Numbered from the stretch's first letter, positions 44,917-54,771 are shown. The stretch is DNA of 64,000 bases from an uncultured Eubacteriales bacterium (GCA_902793325.1 CADBCY010000032.1:6924-70923); one strand, 5' to 3'. The notes: generated from the sequence alone by a model not told the origin. Made by a program: numbers and translations.

Positions 44917-46434
44917 CTATACGATGGCGAACCGCTCCACGCCGGTGAACGTCGCGCAGCCGCCCTCCGCGAAGAAGCGGATGCCCGTCGCGCGCTCCGG
45001 ATCGGGGTAGACGTTGCCCGTCATGGTGTGGCGGCCGCCGTCGATGAAGGCCTCCAGCGAGCTGACGTCCAGGAACAGGTCGAATTCGATGCGGTCCCGC
45101 GGGCCGAGCGCGCAGACCCGGCGGTTGACGTCCACCTCCCGCCCGGTCAGCGCCGCGCCGGCGTTCTGCCGGTCGAATACCAGCAGCCCCTCGCGGCGGT
45201 CGTAGTAGAGCAGCGTCTCGTGTTCCCCGTCGCAGAACAGCCGGACCCCCGCCCGGTCCGCCGCGCCCGGCGCGAGCGCAAAGCGCAGCTCGATGGTGTT
45301 GCCCGACACGCCCGGCAGGCTGACCTCGCCGCCGTCCACCGCGACTTCGTCGACGCGCACCGGGTCGCGGCGGCAGGCTTCGATCTCCCGCACCGGCTTC
45401 TGGATCAGCCGGTCGCCCTCCACCGTCAGCTCCCGCGGCAGCGTGTAGGTGCCCGCCCATTCCTCCTCTTTGGCGGACGGGAAGCTCCTGTCCCACATCT
45501 CCTTCCAGGCGATCATGACGGTGCGGCCGTCCGGCGTGCGCAGGGTCTGCGCGGCGTAGAAGTCGAAGCCGCTGTCCACCTCGCCGATTGTCTGCACCTG
45601 GAAGCGCCCGGTCTCAAAGTCCAGGTGCCCCAGCATGTAGAGCCCGGAGTGGATGTTCTGGTACAGGTTTCCCGACCGGGGCAGGTTCTGCGGGCTGGAG
45701 AGCAGCACCTCCGCGCCGGTATCGGTCACGAAGTAGTCCGGGCACTCGTACACGCCGTCCAGCCGGTAGAAGTCCTCGCTGAATCCCGGCTGCGGGTAGA
45801 GCAGGTGCCCGACATACTTCCAGCGGAACAGGTCGTCGCTCTTCAGCAGGCACAGGTTTCCCCAGCCCTCCTTTTTGTGCGACGGGTCGGGCTGGCGGGG
45901 GTTGGTGATCTCGCGCTGGCGGGTCGGCGCCGGCTCTGCGCGGCGGCCGCCCTCCAGGTAGCGCACGCCCGCGATCAGGTAGAAGGCGTCGCCGTGGCGG
46001 AAGATGCGCGGGTCCCGGAAGTCCTCCTCGTAGATCTCGGGCGACAGCATCTCCGCCGTCAGGATGGGGTTGTCCGCGCACTTCACGAAGCGGTCGCCGT
46101 CCTCCGAGACCGCCAGGCACTGGCGCTGCATCATGGGCTGGGCCGCCGTGTACATCAGGTAGAGCCTGCCGTCCTTCTCCACCGCGGAGCCGGAGCAGCA
46201 GCCGCAGACCAGCTCGTAGGGCTGATCCGGCCAGAGCGCCACGGGCCGCTGCTCCCAGTGGATGAAATCTTCCGTGGTCACGTGGTTCCAGTGCATGGGG
46301 CCCCACTCCGGCCTGTGCGGGTAGTGCTGGTAGAACAGGTGCGCCTTTCCGCGGTAGTAGACCGTGCCGTTCGGGTCGTTGGCCCAGCCGAAGGGCACGG
46401 ACACGTGGTAGTGCGGGCGATAGCTTGCAGACAT
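44917..46434 (-). CDS. glycoside hydrolase family 32 (beta-fructofuranosidase / sucrose-6-phosphate hydrolase type)
   Basis: 505 aa. GWANDPNG (the WMNDPNG block), FRDPRIF (RDP) and YECPDYF (EC) are the three GH32 catalytic motifs. Confidence 0.92.
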   Translation of the reverse strand: MSASYRPHYHVSVPFGWANDPNGTVYYRGKAHLFYQHYPHRPEWGPMHWNHVTTEDFIHWEQRPVALWPDQPYELVCGCCSGSAVEKDGRLYLMYTAAQPMMQRQCLAVSEDGDRFVKCADNPILTAEMLSPEIYEEDFRDPRIFRHGDAFYLIAGVRYLEGGRRAEPAPTRQREITNPRQPDPSHKKEGWGNLCLLKSDDLFRWKYVGHLLYPQPGFSEDFYRLDGVYECPDYFVTDTGAEVLLSSPQNLPRSGNLYQNIHSGLYMLGHLDFETGRFQVQTIGEVDSGFDFYAAQTLRTPDGRTVMIAWKEMWDRSFPSAKEEEWAGTYTLPRELTVEGDRLIQKPVREIEACRRDPVRVDEVAVDGGEVSLPGVSGNTIELRFALAPGAADRAGVRLFCDGEHETLLYYDRREGLLVFDRQNAGAALTGREVDVNRRVCALGPRDRIEFDLFLDVSSLEAFIDGGRHTMTGNVYPDPERATGIRFFAEGGCATFTGVERFAIV

Positions 46435-46478
46435 GGTGATTCTCCTCTTCTGGCGGGCGTTTGCGGGTCCATGTCCCT

Positions 46479-46487
46479 ATTATAGCA
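46479..46487 (-). promoter_or_regulatory. extended -10 element TGCTATAAT upstream of the GH32 gene
   Basis: The reverse complement of 46479-46487 reads TGCTATAAT. The -35 element is weak (TGGCAA at 17 nt). Confidence 0.45.
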
Positions 46488-46665
46488 TACGGCGCGGCGT
46501 CTTGCCAGCCTTTTCCTTCGGCTTTCCGCAAGCGCGGGGCATTGCGCCCTTGCAGATCGGCGCCGGCGGCGCGGTGGGCTTCATTGAAATTCAACTTGCT
46601 TTTTCGTGCGCTTTGGTATACCATAATAGCATGATAAAACGATAACAGCAAAGAGATGCCGTCCA

Positions 46666-47454
46666 ATGAACAGCAAGAAAACCAAGCGGATCAACGCGAA
46701 CCGACTCCTGTCGCTGACATGCTTCTGCCTGATCGTACTGGTGTGGTGCCTGGCCTCCTACAGCGGCGGCGTGAGCGAGATCTTCCTGCCGACGCCGACC
46801 GCCGTGGCGGAAAAGATCGCCGCGATGGCGCGGGATGGCACGCTGTGGGCGAACTGCTGGGAATCCATCTCCCGCGTCATGATCGGGTGGCTGTGGTCGG
46901 TGATCGTGGCGCTGCCCATGGGCATGCTGATGGCCAACTCGAAGCGGTTCTCCGCGTTCGTGCAACCGATCATCGAGTTCGCGCGCTACCTGCCCGTGGT
47001 GGCGCTGGTGCCGCTGACGCTTTTGTACCTGGGCATCGGCGAGAACCAGAAGTACACCATCATCTTCCTGGGCACCTTCTTCCAGCTCGTGCTGATGGTG
47101 TGCGACACGGTGTCCGGCGTCGACCGGAACATGATCAATGCCGCGCGCACGCTGGGCGCGTCGAAGTTTCAGGTGTACCGCGCGGTCATCCTCCCGGCGT
47201 CCCTCCCGGGGCTGATGGACGACCTGCGGCTGACCATCGGCTGGGCCTGGACCTACCTGGTGGTGGCGGAAATGGTGGCCGCCAACAACGGCCTGGGATA
47301 CATGATCCTGAAATCGCAACGCTACCTGGCGACGGACACGATCTTCGCCGGGCTCATACTGATCGGGCTGATTGGCCTGGTTACGGACTGGCTGTTCAGG
47401 ATCATGACCCGCATCGTGGCGCCGTGGTATGAGCGGCTGTCCGACGGGAAGTGA
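46666..47454 (+). CDS. ABC transporter permease, NitT/TauT (nitrate/sulfonate/bicarbonate) family
   Basis: 262 aa. EAA-like [25 protein letters not shown]. In an operon with a TauB/SsuB-like ATPase. Confidence 0.85.
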   Translation: MNSKKTKRINANRLLSLTCFCLIVLVWCLASYSGGVSEIFLPTPTAVAEKIAAMARDGTLWANCWESISRVMIGWLWSVIVALPMGMLMANSKRFSAFVQPIIEFARYLPVVALVPLTLLYLGIGENQKYTIIFLGTFFQLVLMVCDTVSGVDRNMINAARTLGASKFQVYRAVILPASLPGLMDDLRLTIGWAWTYLVVAEMVAANNGLGYMILKSQRYLATDTIFAGLILIGLIGLVTDWLFRIMTRIVAPWYERLSDGK

Positions 47455-48254
47455 GGCGAAGGGCGATGGAAGGGAACGTAAAGCTGCGCGTGGAGCACCT
47501 GAGCAAGGTGTTCAGCAACGGAAATCGGGAGATCGAGGCGATCTCCGACGTCAGCCTGGAGATCCGGCAATCGGAATTCGTGATGATCGTCGGCCCGTCC
47601 GGCTGCGGCAAGACGACGCTCATCAACATCATCGGCGGCCTGGAGAGCGCCACCTCCGGCAGCGTGCTGCTGGACGGCAGGCAGGTTTCCGGGCCGGGGG
47701 CCGACCGGGGCATGGTGTTCCAGGGCTACAGCCTGTTTCCGTGGCTGACGGTCCAGAAGAACGTGGAGTTCGGCCTGAAGATGAAGAAGCTGCCGGCGGG
47801 ACAGCGCGCGGAGATCGCGGCGCGGTACATCGACCTGGTCGGCCTGAAGGGCTTTGAAAACGCCCTGCCCAAGCAGCTCTCCGGCGGCATGAAGCAGCGC
47901 GTGGCCATCGCGCGCACGCTGGCCAACGAGCCGGAGATCCTGTTGATGGACGAGCCCTTCGGCGCGCTGGACGCCCAGACGCGCGTGGTGATGCAGGAGC
48001 TGCTGGCGGGCATCAGCCGCCGCACCGGCACCACCATACTGTTCATCACCCACGACATCGACGAGGCCGTGCTGCTGGGCGACCGCATCTACGTGATGAG
48101 CCGCCGCCCCGGCCGCATCCGCGACACGCTGACGGTGGAGCTGCCGGAGCCGCGCAACCACCATTGCCTGGTGATGGCCGAGTTCCAGCAGATCAAATCC
48201 CACATCATGGAGATGCTCTGGAAGGAGAGCAACGACGCGGCGATGGACAAGTGA
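47451..48254 (+). CDS. ABC transporter ATP-binding protein, NitT/TauT family
   Basis: Walker [10 protein letters not shown], signature [13 protein letters not shown], Walker [15 protein letters not shown] 47451 overlaps the upstream stop (GTGA). An alternative start is ATG 47466. Confidence 0.9.
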   Translation: MRRRAMEGNVKLRVEHLSKVFSNGNREIEAISDVSLEIRQSEFVMIVGPSGCGKTTLINIIGGLESATSGSVLLDGRQVSGPGADRGMVFQGYSLFPWLTVQKNVEFGLKMKKLPAGQRAEIAARYIDLVGLKGFENALPKQLSGGMKQRVAIARTLANEPEILLMDEPFGALDAQTRVVMQELLAGISRRTGTTILFITHDIDEAVLLGDRIYVMSRRPGRIRDTLTVELPEPRNHHCLVMAEFQQIKSHIMEMLWKESNDAAMDK

Positions 48255-48303
48255 CGTCAATCTGCGGCGGACGCCGCTGACAATAAGGAAAGGACATGAT
48301 ACC

Positions 48304-49272
48304 ATGAAGAACGCACTGAGGATACTGCTGGTGCTGGCCCTGGCGGCCATGCTGCTGATGACGACCGCTTCCGCGGAGGCGCTGACGGACGTGACCATGG
48401 CGTTTTGCACGTGGACGGGGTACGCGCCGATGTTCATCGCGCAGGGCAACGGCTACTTTGAAGAGGCCGGGCTGAACATGGATATACAGGTCATCGAGGA
48501 CGAATCCACCTACGCGGCGCTGATCACCACCGGCAACATCGACTTCCTCGCCACGGCGCAGGACCCCAACATCAAGATGTTCGCCAACGGCGCGGCGAGC
48601 CGCTACGTGCTGGCCATGGACGCCTCCCGCGGCGCGGACGGCCTGGTGGCCACGGCCGACATCGCCACGCTGGACGACCTGGCGGGCAGGACGCTGGCGC
48701 TGGACAAGTCCGCCTCGTCCTACTACTTCTTCCTGACGGCGCTGGAGAACGGCAGCAGCCTCACGGAGGCGGACATCAACGTGGTGGACATGGGCGACAC
48801 CACCGAGGCGGGCCTTGCGTTCATGAGCGGTTCCGTGGACGCGGCCATCATGTGGGAGCCGGAGCTGTCCGAGGCGCTTGAGATCGAAGGCGCGCACGCC
48901 CTCGTGACCAGCGCGGACTACCCGGAGACCATCATGGATTCCCTGGTGGTGAACAGCAAGCTCGCCGAGGCGCACCCCGAGATCGTCGACGCCGTGGCCG
49001 AGTGCTGGTACAAAGCCGTGGACTTCATGAACGAGCATCCCGAGGAGGCCTACGCGCTGATGGCCTCCGGCTTCGAGGAGGTCACCGCGGAGGACGTCGC
49101 CGCCGACAAGGAGGGCCTCGAGTTCTTCGGACGCGCGGAAAACGCCGTGCTGAACGACCCCGCGACCGAGCGCAACATCTTCGCCATCAGCCAGGATATG
49201 GCGGACTTCTGGATGGAGAAGGGCGAGTGCGACACCAACGAGATCGACGATTTCTTCGCCCTCGTCAAGTGA
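48304..49272 (+). CDS. ABC transporter substrate-binding protein, NMT1/THI5-like (sulfonate/taurine-type) family
   Basis: 322 aa. Signal peptide MKNALRILLVLALAAMLLMTTASA. The third gene of the NitT/TauT operon. Confidence 0.75.
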   Translation: MKNALRILLVLALAAMLLMTTASAEALTDVTMAFCTWTGYAPMFIAQGNGYFEEAGLNMDIQVIEDESTYAALITTGNIDFLATAQDPNIKMFANGAASRYVLAMDASRGADGLVATADIATLDDLAGRTLALDKSASSYYFFLTALENGSSLTEADINVVDMGDTTEAGLAFMSGSVDAAIMWEPELSEALEIEGAHALVTSADYPETIMDSLVVNSKLAEAHPEIVDAVAECWYKAVDFMNEHPEEAYALMASGFEEVTAEDVAADKEGLEFFGRAENAVLNDPATERNIFAISQDMADFWMEKGECDTNEIDDFFALVK

Positions 49273-49292
49273 CGCCGCGGCGCACAGGTTAT

Positions 49293-49328
49293 GCAGAACA
49301 GCCACCGGCAGGCCGGTGGCTGTTCTGC
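49293..49328. terminator. bidirectional terminator with a perfect 17 bp stem
   Basis: GCAGAACAGCCACCGGC-ag-GCCGGTGGCTGTTCTGC, between convergent genes. Confidence 0.7.
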
Positions 49329-49356
49329 GTTGCGGGATATGCGATGCGCTGCGGCG

Positions 49357-50406
49357 TCAGGCGTTCGCGGCCTGGCAGGCGTCCAGGAAGGCCAGTATGC
49401 TCTCCTCCGGGGTGTTCACGTCCATGCCGACGCACGAAATGGAGATCTTTCCCTCGGAGGCCCTGCCCTCGCGGAGCATGCGCGCGACGTTTTCGTGGAT
49501 CTGCTCCGGCGTCTCCTTCTGGATGTTGACGGCGCTGTAGCGCAGGTTCAGCCAGGTGTTCGGCAGGTGCTCCCGCACATAGGGGATATTCGACCCGGCG
49601 CCGACCTCGGCGAAGGCCAGGTTCTTCACCTTGGCGTAGCCCGCGCAGACGTGCTCCATGCTCTTGCCGCAGTGGTGGATGCCGAAGCAGGGGAACTCGG
49701 CCGCCAGCCGCAGGTCGTGGGGGAGCAGGAACTGCTCGTAGCAGTCGTTGGAGACCATCTCCACCGAGCAGTTGGACGTGAGGTAGTTCTCCGGGATCAC
49801 CTGCCGCACGATGGCCGTGACGCCGCCGGAGATGTCGGAGCTGAGGGCGTAGAAGCGCCGGCCGATTTCAATGGAGAGGTCGGTGATCTTGCGCAGCAGC
49901 TCGGTGACCTCGTCGGGATCGGAGTAATAGGCCACGTACAGCTCCTGCCCCATGAGGTCGAGCGCGATGTTCTGGATGCCCTGGAGGTTGATGTACGTCT
50001 CCACCCGGCCGTAATCCCGGAGCAGGCCGTCGATCTGGCGCTGGGTCCTGGCCCAGACGGGGCTCTTGTCCAGGTCCGGCACCCGGACCTCGTCCAGGTC
50101 CTCGGCCTCGAGGTTCCGGCACTTCACCTGGGGCGAGTTGTCCGGCTGGTAGACGATGTCGCAGCCCATGAGCTCGGAGTAGAGGTACCCGGCGGCCAGC
50201 AGGTCCGTGCCGATCAAAGGCCGGGGCAGGGGATCCTTCTCGCCGATGCCGTAGGCGCCGAAGTGGTCGTACAGTGCCCGGCGCATGCGCACGTCGCAGT
50301 CCATGCGGTATTTGTAGTCGTCGAAGAACGGCTGGGAAAAGTCGATGCCGGCGTTTTTGTGCCACCACGAGGGGTGGAAGGTGATGTCAAAGGGGATCTT
50401 CTTCAT
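49357..50406 (-). CDS. uroporphyrinogen decarboxylase (URO-D) family protein of unknown function
   Basis: ORF trimmed to MKKIPFDITFHPSWWHKNAGIDF (ATG 50406, GGAGGA upstream). The N-terminal block matches my memory of non-HemE URO-D/MtaA-like family members. Confidence 0.6.
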   Translation of the reverse strand: MKKIPFDITFHPSWWHKNAGIDFSQPFFDDYKYRMDCDVRMRRALYDHFGAYGIGEKDPLPRPLIGTDLLAAGYLYSELMGCDIVYQPDNSPQVKCRNLEAEDLDEVRVPDLDKSPVWARTQRQIDGLLRDYGRVETYINLQGIQNIALDLMGQELYVAYYSDPDEVTELLRKITDLSIEIGRRFYALSSDISGGVTAIVRQVIPENYLTSNCSVEMVSNDCYEQFLLPHDLRLAAEFPCFGIHHCGKSMEHVCAGYAKVKNLAFAEVGAGSNIPYVREHLPNTWLNLRYSAVNIQKETPEQIHENVARMLREGRASEGKISISCVGMDVNTPEESILAFLDACQAANA

Positions 50407-50512
50407 GGTCTTGTCCTCCGCGGTTTCGTGAGAGGGGCGGCGACGCGGCCGCGCCCGGGCGCCTGCGGGAGGCGCGTTTCGGCCTCCGTCCGCGGGCGTT
50501 TCCATTGCCTGT

Positions 50513-50541
50513 ATTATAGGAGATAAACGGGGAAAGGTAAA
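50513..50541 (-). promoter_or_regulatory. sigma-70-type promoter TTTACC-17-TATAAT
   Basis: Minus strand reads TTTACCtttccccgtttatctccTATAAT, about 100 nt upstream of ATG 50406. Confidence 0.5.
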
Positions 50542-50584
50542 GGGAGTTTATGAACTGTTAACAGATGCGCGCGGGGATTTTCTG

Positions 50585-50613
50585 TTGACAGTCGGCGGAA
50601 ACTACAGTAGAAT
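50585..50613 (+). promoter_or_regulatory. sigma-70-type promoter TTGACA-17-TAGAAT
   Basis: TTGACAgtcggcggaaactacagTAGAAT, about 115 nt upstream of ATG 50732. Confidence 0.6.
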
Positions 50614-50731
50614 TTTAACGGCTGAACCCGGACGGGAATGCAAGAATATTCACTACGGCCATCGCGCGCATGCGGCCGCGGCGCCGCGCGTTCACGGGCG
50701 CGCCGGAGCGTTTGAGGAGGAGACAGGAGCT

Positions 50732-51850
50732 ATGTTTGATACGTCGCTGCGGGATTCCCAGAGCACGTCGGTGGTCGGCGTTTCCCCGGAGTCCTTTGAC
50801 TTTGACCGATATGCGGAGTACGCCGCCCGGCAGGACGAGAAGGTCCGCAGGTTCATGGAGGCCGATTCGGGCGTGCTGGTCTACCGGCGGTTCCGCGTGG
50901 CGGAGGTCTACGGCTGGGAGTGCCGCGACCGGGAGCTGTCCCTCCGGCTCCAGCTCGGCGCGCTGAACGAGAGCATGCGCTATGCCGCCGACATGGCGAA
51001 TTACCTGGAGCCCTGGTACGGCATCGGCGTGGGCGCGTCGGCGTTCGGGTCGAAGTACATCTGGCTGGACGGCCAGGCCCCGGCGGTGTCGGACGAGTTC
51101 GAGGGCGTCGAGGATGCGCTGGCCTGCGATCCGAAGCCGATCCACACGACGGAAATCGGAAAAGAGCAGATGGATTACGTGGAGTACTTCCTGGAGAAGA
51201 CCCGCGGGAAGCTGCCGGTATCGTTCTGCGACATCCAGTCCCCGCTGAACATCATCAGCGAGATGATGCCGACCACCGCGCTCTTCGAGGACATGCTGGA
51301 GGACCCCGACGCCTACGGCGAGCTGGCTTACCGCGCCGGCGCGCTCATGCGGGAGTACCTGCTGCGGATGAAGGCGCTGATCGGGGACGCGCTGGCGATG
51401 CCCGGCCACGGCTTCGCGTCCTCCCGCCGGATGACGGGCATCGGCGCCTCCGACGACACCAGCATCATGATCAGCAACCCCATGTTCGACGCGCTGGAGG
51501 CCGGTCCGCTGGCGGAGATGTGCGAGCCCTTCGGGGGCGCCTTCTACCACAGCTGCGGCAACTGGGAGGCGAAGATCCCCTCCGTGCTGAAGGTGCGCAA
51601 CCTGCTCGGCGCCGACGGCGCGTTCTCCGCCGAGACGGATCCCTCCCCGAACGACCCCGCGGTCTTCGGCAAGGCGTTCGCCGGCACCGGCAAGATCTTG
51701 AACCTCCGCGCCGTGGGCGACGCCGACACCGTGGCGGACACCGTGAGGAAGGTCTGGCAGCCGGGGCTGCGGCTCATCGTCAACACCTACTGCAAGACCC
51801 CGGAGGAGCAGCAGGAGGCCTACGACCGGATCCGGGACATCTGCAAATAA
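50732..51850 (+). CDS. uroporphyrinogen decarboxylase (URO-D) family protein of unknown function
   Basis: ORF trimmed to MFDTSLRDSQ (ATG 50732, GAGGAGGAGA upstream). 372 aa with native codon bias. I recognise the family only weakly (TIM-barrel URO-D-like, ...FYHSCGNWE...). Confidence 0.5.
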   Translation: MFDTSLRDSQSTSVVGVSPESFDFDRYAEYAARQDEKVRRFMEADSGVLVYRRFRVAEVYGWECRDRELSLRLQLGALNESMRYAADMANYLEPWYGIGVGASAFGSKYIWLDGQAPAVSDEFEGVEDALACDPKPIHTTEIGKEQMDYVEYFLEKTRGKLPVSFCDIQSPLNIISEMMPTTALFEDMLEDPDAYGELAYRAGALMREYLLRMKALIGDALAMPGHGFASSRRMTGIGASDDTSIMISNPMFDALEAGPLAEMCEPFGGAFYHSCGNWEAKIPSVLKVRNLLGADGAFSAETDPSPNDPAVFGKAFAGTGKILNLRAVGDADTVADTVRKVWQPGLRLIVNTYCKTPEEQQEAYDRIRDICK

Positions 51851-51877
51851 CACGAGCGTCGATAAAGGCCGCAACCA

Positions 51878-52054
51878 CGGAGATTCCCTGAAAGACACCG
51901 CTGACGCGGAGGGAATCTCCGCTTGCTGCGTCAGGCCGTCCTGCGGATTTGGTCACTTACGTCAGGGTAAGCTCCCGCATCCGCAGGACGGCCTTCCTTG
52001 CCTTGCAGAGGTGGAAATCCCGAAGGGATTTCCAGTTTTCAGCGAAGCTGAAAA
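51878..52054. repeat. array of four consecutive stem-loops in a non-coding spacer
   Basis: CGGAGATTCCCT...AGGGAATCTCCG (51878-51921). AGGCCGTCCTGCGGAT...ATCCGCAGGACGGCCT (51933-51994). GGAAATCCC-gaa-GGGATTTCC (52012-52032). TTTTCAGC-gaa-GCTGAAAA (52036-52054). Confidence 0.6.
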
Positions 52055-52072
52055 CCGCAAAGGAACATGCTG

Positions 52073-52120
52073 AAAGACGGCCGGCAGGTCGGGAATCTCC
52101 CGAGCCTGCCGGCCGTCTTT
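52073..52120. terminator. long bidirectional hairpin downstream of the esterase gene
   Basis: AAAGACGGCCGGCAGG-TCGGGAatcTCCCGA-g-CCTGCCGGCCGTCTTT. Confidence 0.65.
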
Positions 52121-52133
52121 GCAGGGTCGCCGG

Positions 52134-52838
52134 TCAGCGCCGATCGAGGCGGGGCAGCATCTGTTCGATCCATTCGCCGCACGCCCGGACCCAGCCGGCC
52201 ACGTGGGCGTCCGGCAGGCGGCCTCTGTCGGCCTGCTCGACCTCCTCCGTGGCGAGCGAGAGCCCGTGCACGCCGAAGGGATAGACGTGCAGCTCGAAGG
52301 GCACGTCGGCCCGGCGCAGCGCCGACGCGAACAGCAGCGCGTTCTCCACCGGCACGTCCCGGTCCGCGGCGGTGTGCCAGAGGAAGGTCGGCGGGGTATC
52401 GCGCGTCACGTGCTTCTCCAGCGAGAAGAAGTCGCGTTGGTCTTCGCGGCACAGGTTCCGGATGCTCTCGTCGTTGCACAGCGGCCGGTCCGCCGTGATC
52501 ACCGGGTAGCCCAGTATGAGCGCGTCGGGCCTGTCCAGCCCCAGCGTTCTCCAGTGCACGCCGAGCGTCGCGGCGAGATGACCGCCGGCCGAGAAGCCGC
52601 AGGCGAACACCGGGGCGCCGCCGGAGGCCTCCCGGATTTGCGCCACCCTGTCGGAGAGCTGGCGGACCGGCTCGAGCCCGAGCGGTTCGGCGTCGCCCTC
52701 GCTTCGGATGTGGTAGCGCAGGATGCTCGTCGCGTACCCCATGGCCTCGAAGGCGCGGGCCACCGGTTCGCTCTCCCGCGGGGAGAGCCACCGGTAGGCG
52801 CCGCCGGGGCAGATGATGATGGTTGCCTTGTCGTGCAT
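52134..52838 (-). CDS. alpha/beta hydrolase (esterase) family protein
   Basis: 234 aa. Nucleophile elbow GFSAGGH and oxyanion-region ICPGGAY. Lies directly downstream of the TRAP genes on the same strand. Confidence 0.75.
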   Translation of the reverse strand: MHDKATIIICPGGAYRWLSPRESEPVARAFEAMGYATSILRYHIRSEGDAEPLGLEPVRQLSDRVAQIREASGGAPVFACGFSAGGHLAATLGVHWRTLGLDRPDALILGYPVITADRPLCNDESIRNLCREDQRDFFSLEKHVTRDTPPTFLWHTAADRDVPVENALLFASALRRADVPFELHVYPFGVHGLSLATEEVEQADRGRLPDAHVAGWVRACGEWIEQMLPRLDRR

Positions 52839-52890
52839 GGTTTGGGGCCCTCTGTGCCGAAGGTTTCGCTCGCGTCGCGCGACGGTTCGG

Positions 52891-54195
52891 TTAACGATAC
52901 AGCAGTCCCGGCAGCCACATGAAGCTCTGCGGGAAGTAGGTCAGTATCAGCAGCGCAATGGCCATCGTGATGTAGAACGGCAGCATCTTCTTGGCCAGAG
53001 TCTCGATCTTGATGTTCGAGATGGCCGAGCCGATGAACAGCGTGGAGCCGACGGGCGGCGTCAGCAGGCCGATGCCCAGGTTGAGCACCATCACGATGCC
53101 CAGGTGGATGGGGGAGAGGCCCATCTGGATCCAGATCGGCAGTATGACCGGCGTGAGCATCAGGATCAGGCAGGCCATCTCGATCAGGCAGCCCAGGATC
53201 AGCATGAGGATGTTCAGCAGCACCAGGATCAGGAACTTGTTGCTGGTCAGCGCGAACAGCCCCGTGGCCACCTTCGCCGGGATCTTCAGGTATGTCAGCA
53301 GGTAGGTGAACGCGCCGGAGACGCCCAGCAGGATCAGCACCTTGCCGAGGGTGGTGACGACGTTGATGAAGATGTTGGGGATGTCCCGGATGCGGAAGCC
53401 CTTGTAGATGAACAGCCCGACCACGAGCGACCACACCACGGCGCAGGCGGCGGATTCCGTGGTGGTGAATACGCCGGCGATGACGCCGACCACCACGATC
53501 AGCACGGCCAGCATGCCCCAGATGGCCTTGCCGAAGGCGCGCAGCGTGCCCATCGGGCTGAAGCGGCCGGTGGTGGGAATGTGCATCTTGCGGGCATAGT
53601 AGGCGGAGTAGATCATCAGCGCCAGCGACAGCACCGCGCCGGGCACGTAGCCGGCGACGAAGAGCTGGCCGATGGATACCGTCGTCGTACCGGCGGCGGC
53701 GAGGGTGTAGATGACCATGTTCTGGGAGGGGGGCACGAGAATGCCCTCCACGGAGGAAGCCATCGTCAGGCAGGTGGAGAAGGCGCGGTCGTAGCCCTGC
53801 TCCTCCATCATCTTGATTTCAATGGGGCCGAGCGAGGCGCAGTCCGCCGAGGAGGAACCGGAGATGCCGCCGAAGAAGAACGAAGCCACGACGTTGACCA
53901 TGGCCGCGCCGCCGGTGAACCAGCCGACGATCTCCTTGGAGAACTCGATCAGCGTCTCGGTGATGCCGCCGGCGCTCATCAATTCACCCATCAGTATGAA
54001 AAACGGCACGGCCAGCAGCGTGTAGGAATTCAGGTTGCTGACGAACTTCAGCGCCATCTGCATGGGATTGATGCCCAGGTAGAAGAAGTCGATCAGCGAG
54101 GCGATGCCGATGGAATACACGATCGGCACCCGCAGGAACACCAGGAGCAGGAACACGCCGATCAGCAGGATCGTCGCGATGGTCGCCGTGGTCAT
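52891..54195 (-). CDS. dctM: TRAP transporter large permease subunit
   Basis: 434 aa polytopic protein. Its start overlaps the small-subunit stop (54192-54195). Typical DctM length and composition. Confidence 0.88.
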   Translation of the reverse strand: MTTATIATILLIGVFLLLVFLRVPIVYSIGIASLIDFFYLGINPMQMALKFVSNLNSYTLLAVPFFILMGELMSAGGITETLIEFSKEIVGWFTGGAAMVNVVASFFFGGISGSSSADCASLGPIEIKMMEEQGYDRAFSTCLTMASSVEGILVPPSQNMVIYTLAAAGTTTVSIGQLFVAGYVPGAVLSLALMIYSAYYARKMHIPTTGRFSPMGTLRAFGKAIWGMLAVLIVVVGVIAGVFTTTESAACAVVWSLVVGLFIYKGFRIRDIPNIFINVVTTLGKVLILLGVSGAFTYLLTYLKIPAKVATGLFALTSNKFLILVLLNILMLILGCLIEMACLILMLTPVILPIWIQMGLSPIHLGIVMVLNLGIGLLTPPVGSTLFIGSAISNIKIETLAKKMLPFYITMAIALLILTYFPQSFMWLPGLLYR

Positions 54196-54695
54196 TCCTT
54201 CTCACCCCTTTCGAGCCATTCGCCGATGACGGCAAACAGATTCAGCACGCCGGTGACCGGCATGGAGATGTACATGACGGCATAGGACACGTTGATGCCC
54301 GCCATGTTGTTGCTGACGCCCTTTCCGGTCAGGCCGCCGCCGTACACGATGAGGAACAGCGAAAAGACGACGATGCAGAGCGTGCTGAGGATCTCCGTGA
54401 GGAATACGCCCTTCTTGCCGAACTTATCGTCCAGCATCGTGACCCGCAGGTGCTCATTCCTGCGCACCACCAGCGCCGACCCCAGGAGGCTCATCCACAC
54501 CAGGCACAGCAGCGAGAACGGCTCGCCCCAGATGGGGGATTTGTTTAAGACGTAGCGGCCGAAGAAGATGGAAAACACCACCGCCACCAATGCCGCCAGT
54601 ATCAGTACGCAGACATATTTGACAATGCCGAATACAAATGCGTCCACCTTTTTCCAGACAGCTCGAAAACTGGACAAGTTGTAGCTCCTTTCCAT
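54192..54695 (-). CDS. dctQ: TRAP transporter small permease subunit
   Basis: 167 aa with four hydrophobic spans, positioned between the dctP-like and dctM-like genes. Confidence 0.8.
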   Translation of the reverse strand: MERSYNLSSFRAVWKKVDAFVFGIVKYVCVLILAALVAVVFSIFFGRYVLNKSPIWGEPFSLLCLVWMSLLGSALVVRRNEHLRVTMLDDKFGKKGVFLTEILSTLCIVVFSLFLIVYGGGLTGKGVSNNMAGINVSYAVMYISMPVTGVLNLFAVIGEWLERGEKE

Positions 54696-54726
54696 CGTAC
54701 ACAGCTCAAGCGGAGCGTGCCACGGA

Positions 54727-54771
54727 TTGAAAAGGCTCTCCGCTCCCCCATCATGGGCAACGGAGAGCCTT
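54727..54771 (-). promoter_or_regulatory. intercistronic hairpin between the TRAP binding-protein and membrane-subunit genes
   Basis: Minus strand reads AAGGCTCTCCG-18 nt-CGGAGAGCCTT followed by TTTCAA. It may act as a partial terminator or stabiliser that raises binding-protein mRNA relative to the permease subunits. Confidence 0.45.
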
